DNA of 22,826 nucleotides from a virus (Duplodnaviria; Heunggongvirae; Uroviricota; Caudoviricetes): IMG/VR virus record IMGVR_UViG_2724679293_000023; one strand, 5' to 3'. Shown piece by piece: positions 1 to 8,147 of this stretch (position 1 is its first letter; each line of letters starts with the position of its first letter). The notes under the pieces were generated by a model. It saw only the letters and a program-made list of their open reading frames with translations, ran no database searches and was not told where the DNA came from. The position numbers and the translations under genes were made by a program.

Positions 1-486
1 CTAGTTAATACACTGAGTGCGGATATATTCCTGCGCCCCTTCCAGCTGCTTCTGCATCATCATCAACCGTTCTCTGAGGATGAAATAATCCCGTTCAGCG
101 GTGTCTGCCAGTCGGGGGCCGGTTGCATTATCCACGCCGGAGGTGCCGGTGGCTTCACGCACGGTACCGTGGCAGGTGGCGTTGATCCGCAGGCGCTTAC
201 GACCAGCGGCAACATCAGCACGCAGAGTTTCATTTTCAGCTCTCGCATCAGCTAATTCCCTCGAGTATCTGGCATCAAGTGCAGCAACATCACGCTGGCG
301 CTGCTGCATATCAGTAATGGTTGCATTTGCCAGCTCCAGCTCACTGACTTTTTTATCGCGCTGCTCTTTGTAGGTTATGGCGTTATCGCGGTAATGATTA
401 ACAGCCCATAACAGACAGACGATGATGCAGATAACCAGAGCGTAAATAATCGCGGTTACTCTTCTCACTGATCTATCCCCCAACAA
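1..486 (-). CDS. Rz: Spanin inner-membrane subunit Rz (i-spanin)
   Basis: 161-aa ORF with N-terminal TM segment ([20 protein letters not shown]) and coiled-coil-like remainder; closely resembles lambda Rz from memory; stop at 1-3; start overlaps the end of the endolysin gene. Confidence 0.85.
   Translation of the reverse strand: MLGDRSVRRVTAIIYALVICIIVCLLWAVNHYRDNAITYKEQRDKKVSELELANATITDMQQRQRDVAALDARYSRELADARAENETLRADVAAGRKRLRINATCHGTVREATGTSGVDNATGPRLADTAERDYFILRERLMMMQKQLEGAQEYIRTQCIN
63..248 (-). CDS. Rz1: Spanin outer-membrane lipoprotein Rz1 (o-spanin), embedded in Rz in another frame
   Basis: 61-aa ORF nested inside Rz; lipoprotein signal with lipobox VVSAC; proline-rich ([24 protein letters not shown]) like lambda Rz1. 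Confidence 0.8.
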   Translation of the reverse strand: MRELKMKLCVLMLPLVVSACGSTPPATVPCVKPPAPPAWIMQPAPDWQTPLNGIISSSENG

Positions 487-998
487 GCTAATGCGCTTTC
501 CTGGTCACGACGAATAACCTGTCCGTAGCAGTTATTTGAACGTGTGCGGCAATCACGCCCACCGTCCTTAATCCACCAGCGAATCGCCTCACACGCTCCC
601 CTGCGATCACCTGCATTAATTCGTTTATAAAACGTCGACGGGAAACACTTACCGGGACCAATGTTGTACGGACAGAATGACGCGATACCTGCTTTTTGTG
701 GCTCGGTCAGTGGAACTTTTATATTACGCTCCACCCATGCCAGCGCCTTATCCCGTTCGATAGCGTTAACCCGGTCGCATTTTTCCTTCGACAGCTTCAT
801 GCCAGGAATCACAGGCTTACCATCCACCCGGGTGGCTCCACGGCAGATGGTCCAGATACCCGCACCATCACGGTATGCCGTGGTGTGGTTACCTTCCTTT
901 TCATCCAGAAACTGGTCGAGGATTTCAGGCGCAGAAGCACCTGCGGCAATCAGCGCCAGAACGGCAGCCGATAAACCATAGCGGAGTTTCCTGCTCAT
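465..998 (-). CDS. R: SAR-type endolysin (phage lysozyme, signal-anchor-release N-terminus)
   Basis: 177 aa; N-terminal weakly hydrophobic Gly/Ala-rich segment ([17 protein letters not shown]) typical of SAR endolysins; resembles Stx-phage/phage 21-type R lysozymes from memory; strong SD GGGGAGAG upstream of ATG at 996-998. Confidence 0.85.
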   Translation of the reverse strand: MSRKLRYGLSAAVLALIAAGASAPEILDQFLDEKEGNHTTAYRDGAGIWTICRGATRVDGKPVIPGMKLSKEKCDRVNAIERDKALAWVERNIKVPLTEPQKAGIASFCPYNIGPGKCFPSTFYKRINAGDRRGACEAIRWWIKDGGRDCRTRSNNCYGQVIRRDQESALACWGIDQ

Positions 999-1002
999 CA
1001 GC

Positions 1003-1218
1003 TTACTCTCCCCGTGCCGCCTTACGCCTGTCCTCTCTGATTTTGAAATACAGGTTCGTCAGGTACGTCAGCAGACCAAACAGCAGACTCCCCAGCACGC
1101 CTATTGCCGCCCACTGAGACGGGGAAACCCTGTCCAGCAACTGCAGGAACCAGTAGCCCGTTCCCACCGCTGACGTGGTGTATGACACACCTGTTGTGAT
1201 TTTTTCCATCTGGTTCAT
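1003..1218 (-). CDS. S: Holin, phage 21 S-type (pinholin-like) with dual-start motif
   Basis: 71-aa product [13 protein letters not shown]...[19 protein letters not shown]; two Met codons three codons apart (1216-1218 and 1207-1209) as in holin/antiholin dual starts; SD GGGAGG 6 nt upstream; directly precedes R. Confidence 0.85.
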   Translation of the reverse strand: MNQMEKITTGVSYTTSAVGTGYWFLQLLDRVSPSQWAAIGVLGSLLFGLLTYLTNLYFKIREDRRKAARGE

Positions 1219-1295
1219 ACCCCGCCTCCCGCAATCCGGAAGCTCACAACAATAAAAAAGACCACCGGCACACACCGATGGTCCCTGACGCATGC

Positions 1296-1541
1296 TTACA
1301 TCATCATGTCGCTGTCCGGTGTGGGGTCACCGCTATCTGAAGCACTCCCCTCACCCGCGATGCCTTCCGGCTCCGGAGCTGCCGGTGCGCCCAGCAGTTC
1401 ATCCAGAATGGCATCCACTTCTGCATCAAGACGCGCTTCCAGGTTATGGCGAAGTTTCTGTTTCAGTGCGCTCCGGACTTCTTCAGAGCGCAGGACTTCC
1501 TTCACTGCTTCAGCAGTGACCAGGGATGTAATTTCTGACAT
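1296..1541 (-). CDS. Small acidic hypothetical protein (81 aa, start at MSEITSLV)
   Basis: Internal Met of the 139-aa ORF 1296..1715; acidic C-terminus; weak SD; start is inferred. Confidence 0.3.
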   Translation of the reverse strand: MSEITSLVTAEAVKEVLRSEEVRSALKQKLRHNLEARLDAEVDAILDELLGAPAAPEPEGIAGEGSASDSGDPTPDSDMMM

Positions 1542-1581
1542 GGGATTTTCTCGTCGAAAGGTGTGATTAAGAAAGTTGCCG

Positions 1582-1761
1582 CTAAATGAGCGGCTCTTCG
1601 GGTTTGCTTCCGGCTGACTGACTGGCGCTGATTTTCTCAGCGGCCCTTTTGTCAATCTGTCTGCGCCAGAAGTCACGCATGGCCCTGTACCCACCCGAAA
1701 GGAGATACAGCACACAGACCACCGTACAGAAGTACAGCATTAACTGGTTCAGAAATGTCAT
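1582..1761 (-). CDS. Small predicted membrane protein (about 59 aa)
   Basis: Hand-translated ORF not in the track (below 60 aa): MTFLNQLMLYFCTVVCVLYLLSGGYRAMRDFWRR... with one hydrophobic helix; SD-like GGAAAG upstream; coordinates approximate. Confidence 0.3.
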   Translation of the reverse strand: MTFLNQLMLYFCTVVCVLYLLSGGYRAMRDFWRRQIDKRAAEKISASQSAGSKPEEPLI

Positions 1762-1860
1762 AATTTCTTTCCGTTATTGTTGACAATAAGAACTGTTTTC
1801 ATTTAAAAAACCAGAGCACGAAAGTATCGTTCCTTTATTTTTTCTCCATAGGTATTACCA

Positions 1861-1897
1861 CCGCCAGCGTCCATTCCTGTCGCTGGCGGTTTTTTTT
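1861..1897 (+). terminator. Intrinsic terminator-like hairpin, plus-strand oriented (9-bp stem ccgccagcg/cgctggcgg followed by T8)
   Basis: Perfect 9-bp stem with 11-nt loop followed by eight T at 1890-1897; lies immediately 3' of the nanS-p stop (1899-1901) but the U-tract is on the plus strand; on minus it is preceded by A8, so it may act bidirectionally. Confidence 0.5.
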
Positions 1898-1898
1898 A

Positions 1899-4402
1899 TC
1901 ATGCCGCAGTGTCTGTGCTGTTCACTTCCACCGCAATGCTGTCTATCAGTACCGGGTAAGTCGCACCTCTGGTAATGTCTGTCACATGCAGTTTATCCGC
2001 CGCAAAGGCACTGACCGGTGACTGCGTCAGCGTGAACGGTGTACCATCCTGACCATCAATAACCGGCGTCACCTGAAGGCTGTTATTCCCGGCAAAGCGG
2101 AAAGCCAGCGTATGCCATTCGTTATCAAATGCGCCAAAGCTTCCCAGTTTCAGGTTGTTTGTCGCCACTTTCGCATTGTGGTACATCACATTCAGGTCTT
2201 TTGCATCTGTCTGGATGTAGAACGCTGCCAGCAGGTTATTCCCCCCGTCTCCGGTCAGGGCAACGCCCTGTGGCAGTGAAGATACCGGCCAGTAAAACGC
2301 CATAACATACTGGTTCGCAGCCAGCGCTCCCGAAACCTTAAAGCGGCAGCGAATCTGCCCCCCTTTCTGTAACAGAGCCGCACCGTTGCCCGCGGCGTAC
2401 TCCAGCACCCAGCTGCTTTTACCGGCTTCCTTGGTCAGCTTCACTGCCTTACCTCCGGTTCCCTCCGCATCGCTGACCACTTCTGCCCTGCCGCCACTGG
2501 CTGACCATCCCTGTACTTTCAGGCTTCCCTCTGACTCGCTGGCAAGGTAAGAGAGCAGTGTTGTGACGCCTGTGGCTTCTGCACCGGAAGGCGATGACGG
2601 GCGCACCTCTGATACTGTCGATGATGCCCCCGCGTTTAGCGCCACTCTTCCCGCATGGCGCAAAATCGCCGTTGCCAGACGGTCGGAAATAATCCCATTC
2701 CCAGTTTCAGGTTGTTTGTCGCCACTTTCGCATTGTGGTACATCACATTCAGGTCTTTTGCATCTGTCTGGATGTAGAACGCTGCCAGCAGGTTATTCCC
2801 CCCGTCTCCGGTCAGGGCAACGCCCTGTGGCAGTGAAGATACCGGCCAGTAAAACGCCATAACATACTGGTTCGCAGCCAGCGCTCCCGAAACCTTAAAG
2901 CGGCAGCGAATCTGCCCCCCTTTCTGTAACAGAGCCGCACCGTTGCCCGCGGCGTACTCCAGCACCCAGCTGCTTTTACCGGCTTCCTTGGTCAGCTTCA
3001 CTGCCTTACCTCCGGTTCCCTCCGCATCGCTGACCACTTCTGCCCTGCCGCCACTGGCTGACCATCCCTGTACTTTCAGGCTTCCCTCTGACTCGCTGGC
3101 AAGGTAAGAGAGCAGTGTTGTGACGCCTGTGGCTTCTGCACCGGAAGGCGATGACGGGCGCACCTCTGATACTGTCGATGATGCCCCCGCGTTTAGCGCC
3201 ACTCTTCCCGCATGGCGCAAAATCGCCGTTGCCAGACGGTCGGAAATAATCCCGCGGCGAGCCCATGAACTGAAATGGCTCGCCCTGTCCTGTGACGTCC
3301 AGGTGGCTGAGCTGTCACGCCATTTCGAACCGTAATATCCGATACCCGGAATGTCCGGGTCTTCTTCCGGTTTGTTCGTCGGCACATTCACCCCGTTCTC
3401 ATCCGTCATGAACGGTACGAAATGGATATTCTTTTCCGTTTTGTTTTTGTAGCTGCCGTACACCGTCTGGTACGAGGATTCGTTCTTCTGCTTCCAGAAA
3501 TACGTCGTGTCCCCGCATATCCAGGGAACACCGTCAGCAGAGCCACCGACGCACTGACCTGCCATATCCGCCAGGTCTGCACGGAATTTATCAACCAGCG
3601 CACCAAACTGTGCTGCGTGATTTGCCGGCGTACCGCCAAAATCAAATTCCCCCTGCATCCACACCACGGCAAACAGCACATTTTTCGGATTCTTCTTCAG
3701 TGCTGCTTTTGTTCGACCGATAAGGTCCCTATACAACGGCTTGTCCACACCCCAGCGGGTTGAATTCTCCGAGGCACCGCCAGCGTCACTGTATGTGCCA
3801 TCGGCTCCGGTGGTGAACGCTGAACCACCACGACAGCACGGAACCAGCAGAATGCCCGCATTCTCCGGTATAAACGGCAGCAGTTTTTTGGCAATATGCA
3901 GCCCCTGCCCCACGGTACCGTACTGCCCCTTTGACAGGTCCGCTTTCGGATGGTTAAGGCGGCTCATGTCCTGCACATCATGCAGACAATGGTCCGCCGG
4001 AATGATGTCGTTATATTTACAGGCGACACCGCCCGGTGTCACCGTACTGCGACGCGCCAGCTGCTTAATGCGCGGGTCCGGACGGTCATATGTCTCCGGC
4101 AGCGGAAGGCCTTCACCATATGCCATGCTGTTTGACTGCCCCGCCAGAACCACAACAAAGTAATACTCCGGGTCTCTGGTGGCGCTGATTACTGCACCTT
4201 CTCCACCTGTCGGCTTCACCACAACAGGTGTGCTCACATCACCTTCTGCGACAATCGCCTGAATAAGTGCTGCGCCATCATCCGTATACGAAGAAAACGG
4301 CCCGCCGTATGGTTGCCATCCTTCACGAATTTTTTGAGCAAGTGCATCAGCAAGGTCTGACGGCGACGCCGCCCTGACAACATCATAATGTTTAAATGTC
4401 AT
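1899..4402 (-). pseudogene. nanS-p: Prophage sialate O-acetylesterase nanS-p-like gene (DUF1737 N-terminus plus SGNH/DUF303 esterase domain), disrupted by a 557-bp tandem duplication
   Basis: ORF 2636..4402 (588 aa) carries GQSNSMAYG esterase motif and ends in a frameshifted tail; ORF 1899..2663 carries the authentic C-terminus; both share an identical 160+ aa segment. Removing one repeat copy restores a single ORF of about 648 aa. Strong SD GGGAGGAA before ATG 4400-4402. Confidence 0.8.
2141..3254. repeat. Perfect direct tandem duplication, unit about 556 bp plus 1-nt junction (copy 1 2141..2696, copy 2 2698..3253; period 557)
   Basis: The two copies read identically base for base; plus-strand shadow ORFs 2563..2862 and 3120..3335 share the same peptide, offset exactly 557 nt; 557 is not a multiple of 3. 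Confidence 0.9.
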
Positions 4403-4445
4403 TATTCCTCCCGGCCGGGATAGTGTATTAAATCAGATATGGAGT

Positions 4446-4490
4446 GGGCTGTAGTCCGGAAGCCTGAATGACACACGGGGACTACAGCCC
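4446..4490. repeat. Perfect 12-bp inverted repeat (gggctgtagtcc / ggactacagccc) with 21-nt spacer in the nanS-p leader
   Basis: Arms at 4446-4457 and 4479-4490 are exact reverse complements; no adjacent U-tract, so not a classical intrinsic terminator. Confidence 0.6.
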
Positions 4491-4586
4491 AAGAAATGAA
4501 AAAAGGCCACGCAGTTGCGCAGCCTGATAAACCCTGGTTAAAATCCACACGATAACAACACAACAATATCAGTATCTCATGCTATT

Positions 4587-4611
4587 GCCCGAACCCATTC
4601 GGGCATTTTTT
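4587..4611 (+). terminator. Intrinsic terminator, plus strand (gcccgaa-ccca-ttcgggc then ATTTTTT)
   Basis: 7-bp perfect stem with 4-nt loop followed by T6. Confidence 0.5.
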
Positions 4612-4614
4612 ACC

Positions 4615-4644
4615 CATAAAAAATGCCCCTCCGGAGAGGGGCAT
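4615..4644 (-). terminator. Intrinsic terminator, minus strand (atgcccctc-cgga-gaggggcat; T-tract on minus strand)
   Basis: 9-bp perfect stem with 4-nt loop; A-run on plus = U-run after the hairpin on the minus-strand transcript. Convergent with the plus-strand terminator 3 nt away. Confidence 0.55.
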
Positions 4645-4841
4645 GTTTGCATGCACATTCTTTTTCTTGCATGGTGCCGGGTGCCTCCCGGTGAATTCAG
4701 TACCAGCACCTGAATCCGCGATTATCCCATATACCTACTCACTGATTGCCCCTCCGCACAGGGGGATTCACCATGCCAGTTTCTTTTAACAAACTCCCCG
4801 CAAACCAGACAACAGTCAACCGCCTGAATTGTGAGACATTT

Positions 4842-4867
4842 AAAAAAAAGGCCCGCAAAAGCGAGCC
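4842..4867 (-). terminator. Intrinsic terminator, minus strand, immediately 3' of the tRNA-like element
   Basis: Minus-strand reading GGCUCGC-UUUU-GCGGGCC followed by U8 (plus A8 at 4842-4849); stem includes one G-U pair. Confidence 0.55.
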
Positions 4868-4881
4868 AGGGAAAATAAGTG

Positions 4882-4957
4882 TGGCGCGTTGTACTGGATT
4901 CGAACCAGCGACCTGGCGATTATGCGTCGCTCGCTCTCACCACTGAGCTAAAGGGCC
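4882..4957 (-). tRNA. tRNA-like element with CAU anticodon (ileX/ileZ-like), probably degenerate because the acceptor stem does not pair
   Basis: Minus-strand sequence GGCCCTT-TA-GCTCAGTGGTGAGAGC...CGCATAA...GGTCGCTGGTTCGAATCCAGT has canonical D-arm, anticodon loop with CAT, and T-arm (TTCGAAT loop). The 3' strand ACAACGC-G-CCA pairs with the 5' strand GGCCCTT at only 2 of 7 positions, and position 33 is G rather than U. Confidence 0.45.
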
Positions 4958-4995
4958 GGGAGCAGAATAATAACGGTCCGTAATTAATTCCGCAA

Positions 4996-5018
4996 TAAAA
5001 AACCCGCTCAATGGCGGG
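4996..5018 (-). terminator. Intrinsic terminator, minus strand, downstream of the ORF6N gene
   Basis: Hairpin cccgc-tcaatg-gcggg preceded on plus by A6 (U-tract after hairpin on minus transcript). Confidence 0.45.
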
Positions 5019-5115
5019 TTCTGGTAAAGTTCATGCGCTTGGTTCGCCTCGCGATACAGCTTTGCGAAGCGTACCGGAATTGAAGCAGTTTATGGCTAAA
5101 ATTGCAAGAACTTTT

Positions 5116-5673
5116 TTAAAGCTGCATCAGCCTTTCCACCAGTTTATCTCTGCGAACAACAAACCAACCATTGGCTCTCGCCAGTTCCAGCCATGACTCA
5201 AGGGAAATAACAATATCATCATCCCGCAACTGAATTGTGGAAACAGTGACACCGCCTCGCTGATAACAGAGAACTCGCGTGTCGTAACTTTTCTGGCATG
5301 AAGCTGGCGCTGACGGATCCTTTTGTCTGAAATAGCAGTCTTCCAGTTTTTCGAACACATCCCACGCCTGATCGGTTTCGAGCATTTTGGCGTGACGGGC
5401 TGCGCCTCGTTCTGTCCAGAGGATGAGGGAGCGGGTTTTGGGGGAAACAGGCGTTTGTGAGTTACTTAAAGTAACCCGCAAATTTTTCAACTCATCACCA
5501 ACAACCTTGAAAAAGTGTTTACCCTCAACAAAACGCTCGGAATTACGGGTGTAATTTACTTTGATGTTGTTGATCTCGGTACAGTAAAGCTGTGCCAGTA
5601 ACTCGGTAGTGATAACGGGAATTTGGTTGTGTGTAATTGGGGAAAGAGTTTCGACAGAAATCTGAGTGGTCAT
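5116..5673 (-). CDS. ORF6N/Rha-like phage regulatory (antirepressor-family) domain protein
   Basis: 185-aa product from the internal Met MTTQISVETL (SD GGAG upstream); pattern of N-terminal ...ITTELLAQLY...FVEGKHFFKV and ...LILWTERGAARHAKML...AWDVFEKLEDCYF resembles the ORF6N domain from memory; sits in the moron position between tR' and the lysis genes. Confidence 0.5.
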   Translation of the reverse strand: MTTQISVETLSPITHNQIPVITTELLAQLYCTEINNIKVNYTRNSERFVEGKHFFKVVGDELKNLRVTLSNSQTPVSPKTRSLILWTERGAARHAKMLETDQAWDVFEKLEDCYFRQKDPSAPASCQKSYDTRVLCYQRGGVTVSTIQLRDDDIVISLESWLELARANGWFVVRRDKLVERLMQL

Positions 5674-5836
5674 AACGATAACTCCGTACATTTGGACATT
5701 ATCGCCACCGTCAGGTGCTAATCATCGTGGTGGCGAACTGTGCGGGGTTAGCACTACCGGGTACGGAAACCGGCGAGCCTTTCGGCTCCCCCACACAGCC
5801 CGCCATAAATCGCGAATGTGACTGTGCAAACGATAT

Positions 5837-5857
5837 GAAAAAAGACGCGGGCGCGTC
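5837..5857 (-). terminator. tR'-like intrinsic terminator about 90 nt downstream of the Q-like gene
   Basis: Minus-strand GACGC-GCCC-GCGTC followed by TTTTTT; located 55-75 nt downstream of the candidate pR' start site. Confidence 0.6.
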
Positions 5858-5920
5858 TCATATCGCTCCGTAAACATCCGGGGTGCTAATCCCGACGCCA
5901 GATTTTGCTGGCGCGTGAGG

Positions 5921-5950
5921 AATATAGCCCCGGATAACAGATTGAGTCAA
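5921..5950 (-). promoter_or_regulatory. Candidate late promoter pR' (-35 TTGACT at 5945-5950, -10 TATATT at 5921-5926, 18-bp spacer), minus strand
   Basis: Near-consensus sigma70 hexamers read on the minus strand; the -35 overlaps the Q-like stop codon (5947-5949); a 6-bp-stem hairpin (5896-5913) lies at the predicted transcript start; followed by the tR'-like terminator. Confidence 0.5.
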
Positions 5951-6501
5951 CAGACGGTTTTTAGATCCCCGGAAGAGAATGCATCACGCATCGGCAGATA
6001 GAGCATAAACTCTGCCATTTTCAACCACGCATCTATGCGATTACGGCACGTGGCGTAACACCACTCAGGGTGTGAATCATTCAGCAATTCAGCCATTTTT
6101 CGCTTAGTCATCCCCCTCCCTTCATATCGTTGCCGGAGGATACAAATCAATCCTGGGTGTTCTGCCAGCACTTCACTAATCACACGATCAATGCATAACG
6201 CCTCTGCATCAGTACAATGCACCAGCCAGCTTTTTTGCTTGCCGTTGATCATATCCCGCAAAAAAGCCTCAAGTTCAGGTTTGTCCAGACCTGCTTTTTT
6301 CATCCTCCGGAGCGCCTCGTTAATTGCCGTTTTTGTCAGCTTTTTAGAGGTCAGCAACTGGTTGAACATATTTCCCGTCTTACCGCCGCCAATATACGAC
6401 CAGCGCCCCCACATGCGCAGTTTTCCCTGAATCCAGACACTTTCCAGCGTGGTGAGACGAAGGTGTTCCCCGCTTTTGCCTGTATTTGTTGGGTAAATCA
6501 T
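5947..6501 (-). CDS. Putative late antiterminator Q-like protein
   Basis: 184-aa product from Met MIYPTNTGKS; ATGA start/stop overlap with upstream ybcO-like gene at 6498-6501; assignment rests mainly on position (last gene before the pR'/tR' unit and lysis region). Family membership not verified. Confidence 0.5.
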   Translation of the reverse strand: MIYPTNTGKSGEHLRLTTLESVWIQGKLRMWGRWSYIGGGKTGNMFNQLLTSKKLTKTAINEALRRMKKAGLDKPELEAFLRDMINGKQKSWLVHCTDAEALCIDRVISEVLAEHPGLICILRQRYEGRGMTKRKMAELLNDSHPEWCYATCRNRIDAWLKMAEFMLYLPMRDAFSSGDLKTVC

Positions 6502-6788
6502 AAATAACCTTCCTTTCTCCAGATTTCTTGCGTACGAAAAACACCTTCTGCATGCATCAGGCGTAATTCTTCTTTGGTGTAATCGCTGGTTTTTACCCGC
6601 CCGTCGATTAAATCGTGGCATGAGCTGCAGGCAATCGCTGCCTGCATATCGTGTGGTTTTGTCGCTGTTCCGCACGTCCCCGCCAGCCTGTAATGCGCCA
6701 GCACAGAAGTTTCGGGATTGTGATTGCAGTAGCCAGGAATTCTGACGGTGCACATCTGCCCCCGCGCCGCTTTACGTAAATCCACCAT
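6498..6788 (-). CDS. YbcO-like (DUF1364) Cys-rich nin-region protein, putative nuclease
   Basis: 96 aa, MVDLRKAARGQMCTVRIPGYCNHNPETSVLAHYRL...ACSSCHDLIDGR resembles DLP12 YbcO from memory; conserved Cys/His cluster. Confidence 0.7.
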   Translation of the reverse strand: MVDLRKAARGQMCTVRIPGYCNHNPETSVLAHYRLAGTCGTATKPHDMQAAIACSSCHDLIDGRVKTSDYTKEELRLMHAEGVFRTQEIWRKEGYL

Positions 6789-7387
6789 TACGCAAACTCC
6801 AGTAACTGTGCGGCCACATTTTCGACTTCCTCAGGAGAGGAAAATTTACGGAACAGGATCCAGTTCCACAGCACATTCAGTACAGATTTATAAACCTGCT
6901 GAAACTCGGTTTCGTCCATGTTCGCAAATGCGATAGATTTTGCCCTGCGCCCACGACTACCGTCCGGATAAAAATGTTCGGTGTAAAATCCGGCCTGAAT
7001 GGTTACCCATTCGCGGAAAGCGTCAAATGACTTAAGCAATGCCGTATCCCGGGTTCTGCGTGTCGCAACGGCATTCAGATATTGCTCTGCGGCTTCGCTC
7101 AGGGCTGGAGTGTGTTCCCGACCAACTGATTCGCACAGATACTCAACGAAACCGGACACCAGTTCTCGTTCTCGAGGCGTGATCGCCCCACCGTTCGGAG
7201 TCCAGTAATCGAATCCCAGTTGCAGGAGTTTGAAAAAACGCTTGTGGAACGCGTAGTTACGCACTCGCTTAAAGTCCGCGTGTATCCACTCACCTATTTT
7301 GATTTGATGCAAAAAATCGCAACTCTCCGGTGTCGCCGGGAGAAGTAATCCGGAAGAGGTTTGTTTGACCAGTTGTATATGCGCCAT
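6788..7387 (-). CDS. Hypothetical nin-region protein (199 aa; possibly DUF1367-like)
   Basis: Complete ORF whose stop overlaps the ybcO-like start; no motif I can assign confidently. Confidence 0.45.
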   Translation of the reverse strand: MAHIQLVKQTSSGLLLPATPESCDFLHQIKIGEWIHADFKRVRNYAFHKRFFKLLQLGFDYWTPNGGAITPRERELVSGFVEYLCESVGREHTPALSEAAEQYLNAVATRRTRDTALLKSFDAFREWVTIQAGFYTEHFYPDGSRGRRAKSIAFANMDETEFQQVYKSVLNVLWNWILFRKFSSPEEVENVAAQLLEFA

Positions 7388-7458
7388 CGTAGTTCTCCGC
7401 TGGCGCAGTAGAATGGGTGTTCAGCCCGTTATGTAGTATAACAGAATTAATGCCAATA

Positions 7459-7671
7459 CTAACAGGATGCTCTGACTCGCAATTCATCCAGCAGTTTATC
7501 ATTTCCCATAATGTCACTTACCCTCATCGGTAAAAAAATTGCCTTTCGACCATTACGATACATCATTGATTTTGGGGTTTCAGGGAAGTAATCCATTTCG
7601 ACTATAACTGACAGGTCATCACGACGTATGACTGCGTATTTGCTACTAAATAGTTTCTTTATTTTTTCCAC
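7459..7671 (-). CDS. Hypothetical small protein (70 aa, GTG start)
   Basis: ORF with SD-like GGGGG 4 nt upstream of GTG; function unknown; could be spurious. Confidence 0.25.
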   Translation of the reverse strand: MEKIKKLFSSKYAVIRRDDLSVIVEMDYFPETPKSMMYRNGRKAIFLPMRVSDIMGNDKLLDELRVRASC

Positions 7672-7855
7672 GATGCCCCCAGTTTATAAGTACAAAAGGT
7701 TATATCCACATAGAGACAAAAATATTAATCTGAAAAATATTTATTTCACGCCGTATATTTGATTGTTTAATGTGCAGGTACAATGACTTTTATTTTTTGT
7801 TGTGTATATAATCTAATATATGGTTATTTTTCACCCTACGCATTCAGCACGCAAC

Positions 7856-7875
7856 AAAAAACCCGCCGAAGCGGG
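7856..7875 (-). terminator. Intrinsic terminator of the hok transcript (minus strand)
   Basis: Minus-strand CCCGC-UUCG-GCGGG followed by UUUUUU; about 70 nt downstream of the hok stop. Confidence 0.6.
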
Positions 7876-7945
7876 TTAAGTGCGGGTGCGTTGAGGATGC
7901 CTGACACATCAGAGGTGGCGAGGGATTCCTCCCTCGCCTGGTCTC

Positions 7946-8101
7946 TTACTCCTCAGGTTCGTAAGCTGTGAAGACAGCGACCTCCGTCTGGCCGGTTCGG
8001 ATTCGTACCTCGCAGAGGTCTTTCCTCGTTACCAGTGCCGTCACTATGACGGTTAAACAGATGACGATCAGGGCGACTAACATCGCCTTTTGCTGCTTCA
8101 T
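7946..8101 (-). CDS. hok: Hok-family type I toxin (51 aa)
   Basis: MKQQKAMLVALIVICLTVIVTALVTRKDLCEVRIRTGQTEVAVFTAYEPEE is near-identical to HokD/RelF as I recall it; SD AGGAG 9 nt upstream. Confidence 0.9.
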   Translation of the reverse strand: MKQQKAMLVALIVICLTVIVTALVTRKDLCEVRIRTGQTEVAVFTAYEPEE

Positions 8102-8147
8102 AGCCTGCTTCTCCTTGCCTTTCGGCACGTAAGAGGCTAACATCCAT
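7953..8147 (-). CDS. mok: mok-like overlapping reading frame (translational coupling frame for hok)
   Basis: Alternative-frame ORF (from Met at 8145-8147 within ORF 7953..8276) overlapping almost all of hok and ending 7 nt after it, as in hok/mok/sok loci; exact start uncertain. Confidence 0.45.
   Translation of the reverse strand: MDVSLLRAERQGEAGYEAAKGDVSRPDRHLFNRHSDGTGNEERPLRGTNPNRPDGGRCLHSLRT

Noticed and set aside
101-981. Plus-strand ORFs 101..373, 661..981, 696..974
   Set aside because: Antisense shadows inside the Rz and endolysin genes.
2141-3254. Considered whether the long repeat could be a CRISPR array or an insertion sequence
   Set aside because: Only two copies of a 556-bp unit with no spacers, no terminal inverted repeats and no transposase; it is a simple in-gene tandem duplication.
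2563-4163. Multiple plus- and minus-strand ORFs inside the nanS-p region (for example 2563..2862, 3006..3266, 3120..3335, 3406..3681, 3422..3763, 3741..4163)
   Set aside because: All overlap the esterase coding sequence in other frames or antisense; two are simply duplicated shadow frames of the 557-bp repeat. No SD or domain support.
4403-4880. Looked for stxA/stxB (or any toxin-like ORF) between the tRNA-like element and nanS-p
   Set aside because: Region is about 480 bp with no ORF of suitable size; only hairpins and terminators are present.
4746-4946. 66-aa plus-strand ORF
   Set aside because: Lies antisense across the tRNA-like element and its terminator; no SD; most likely spurious.
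7290-7517. 75-aa minus-strand ORF
   Set aside because: Low-complexity product, no SD, overlaps the 7459..7671 ORF; likely non-coding spacer between the nin genes and hok.
7783-7971. 62-aa plus-strand ORF across the hok terminator
   Set aside because: Spans the hok 3' hairpin antisense; no coding signal.
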